A DNA stretch of 64,000 nucleotides from Candidatus Niyogibacteria bacterium (GTDB lineage: Bacteria > Patescibacteriota > Minisyncoccia > HO2-45-28): the NCBI GenBank assembly GCA_016432485.1, contig CP066691.1, positions 281,762-345,761 of the forward strand. Reading direction: 5' to 3'. Both the position numbers and the translations under genes were made by a program. Below, one piece after another: positions 63,884 to 64,000 of the stretch. Below the pieces are notes generated by a model. It was not told where the DNA came from. It did not search any database and saw nothing but the letters and a program-made list of their open reading frames with translations. Numbering within the stretch: position 1 is the stretch's first letter; every line of letters starts with the position of its first letter.

Positions 63884-64000
63884 TCAGAGCTTTGGCCTCA
63901 ACGCCTTTTCAAGAGGCGGATAGAGTTCCGGATCAATGGTCCTGTCAAAACAATAGTATCCCGATGGGTGGTCCCACGCGCCCGAAAGATAGCCGAAAGG
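63884..64000 (-). CDS. C-terminal fragment of a minus-strand gene that continues beyond the window end
   Basis: Reverse translation ends ...PFGYLSGAWDHPSGYYCFDRTIDPELYPPLEKALRPKL-stop at 63884-63886. Confidence 0.3.
   Translation of the reverse strand, partial: PFGYLSGAWDHPSGYYCFDRTIDPELYPPLEKALRPKL

Overview
This 64 kb window looks like a small-genome, uncultivated bacterium of the CPR/Patescibacteria type. That is an inference from content: about 45% GC, many small membrane or secreted hypothetical proteins, GWxW-repeat surface proteins, a dnaG-rpoD pair, and a group I intron in a tRNA.

The window reads as four blocks.

(1) 1-30 kb, almost entirely minus-strand.
- Housekeeping and redox genes: TrxB-like N-terminal fragment, DsbA, NADH-oxidase-like flavoprotein, a methylmalonyl-CoA-mutase plus MeaB pair, archaeal-type PGI/PMI, LmbE deacetylase, NUDIX, SpoU methyltransferase, Tgt, SDR, RarA, Ham1 and YggU.
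- A heavy-metal P1B-ATPase next to a dense thiol-disulfide cluster (two CcdA/DsbD-like proteins, thioredoxin-like and glutaredoxin-like proteins, a CxxC membrane protein, DUF1573).

(2) 30.5-31.2 kb.
- A tRNA, most likely tRNA-Asn(GTT) after splicing, split in its anticodon loop by a ~570-nt group I intron that carries an HNH homing-endonuclease ORF.

(3) 31.4-38.3 kb, plus-strand.
- Immediately downstream of the tRNA sits a tightly packed five-gene operon.
- It encodes a 977-aa SNF2-family ATPase, a gamma-class N6-adenine DNA methyltransferase (NPPYGG), a single-TRD HsdS-like specificity protein, and a 597-aa HsdR_N-type PD-(D/E)xK nuclease fused to a paralogous MTase-like domain whose motif IV is degenerate (NPAG). 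A 93-aa protein follows.
- I read this as an unusual, possibly undescribed, ATP-dependent restriction-modification-like defence system and the main candidate novelty.

(4) 38-64 kb.
- An SH3b-CHAP peptidase operon containing an HhH-GPD-like protein and a membrane-anchored HTH.
- An ArsR-TspO pair.
- A secreted PG-binding/Asp-box protein, peptidase S51 and a ZIP-like transporter.
- TypA/BipA, CspA, DPM-synthase-like GT2, a PMT/ArnT-like GT, rpoD, dnaG and hypotheticals.

A recurring regulatory pattern appears three times. A small DNA-binding protein gene (TrpR-like YerC, a wHTH plus Cas2-like-fold protein, and ArsR) is bracketed by two copies of a long, near-perfect palindrome of 28-38 bp, each copy sitting in a promoter region.

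Other noteworthy structure includes a high-GC repeat gene with a textbook sigma70 promoter, a 26-bp perfect-stem hairpin, a frameshifted DoxX gene and several intrinsic terminators.

No CRISPR array and no rRNA were seen.
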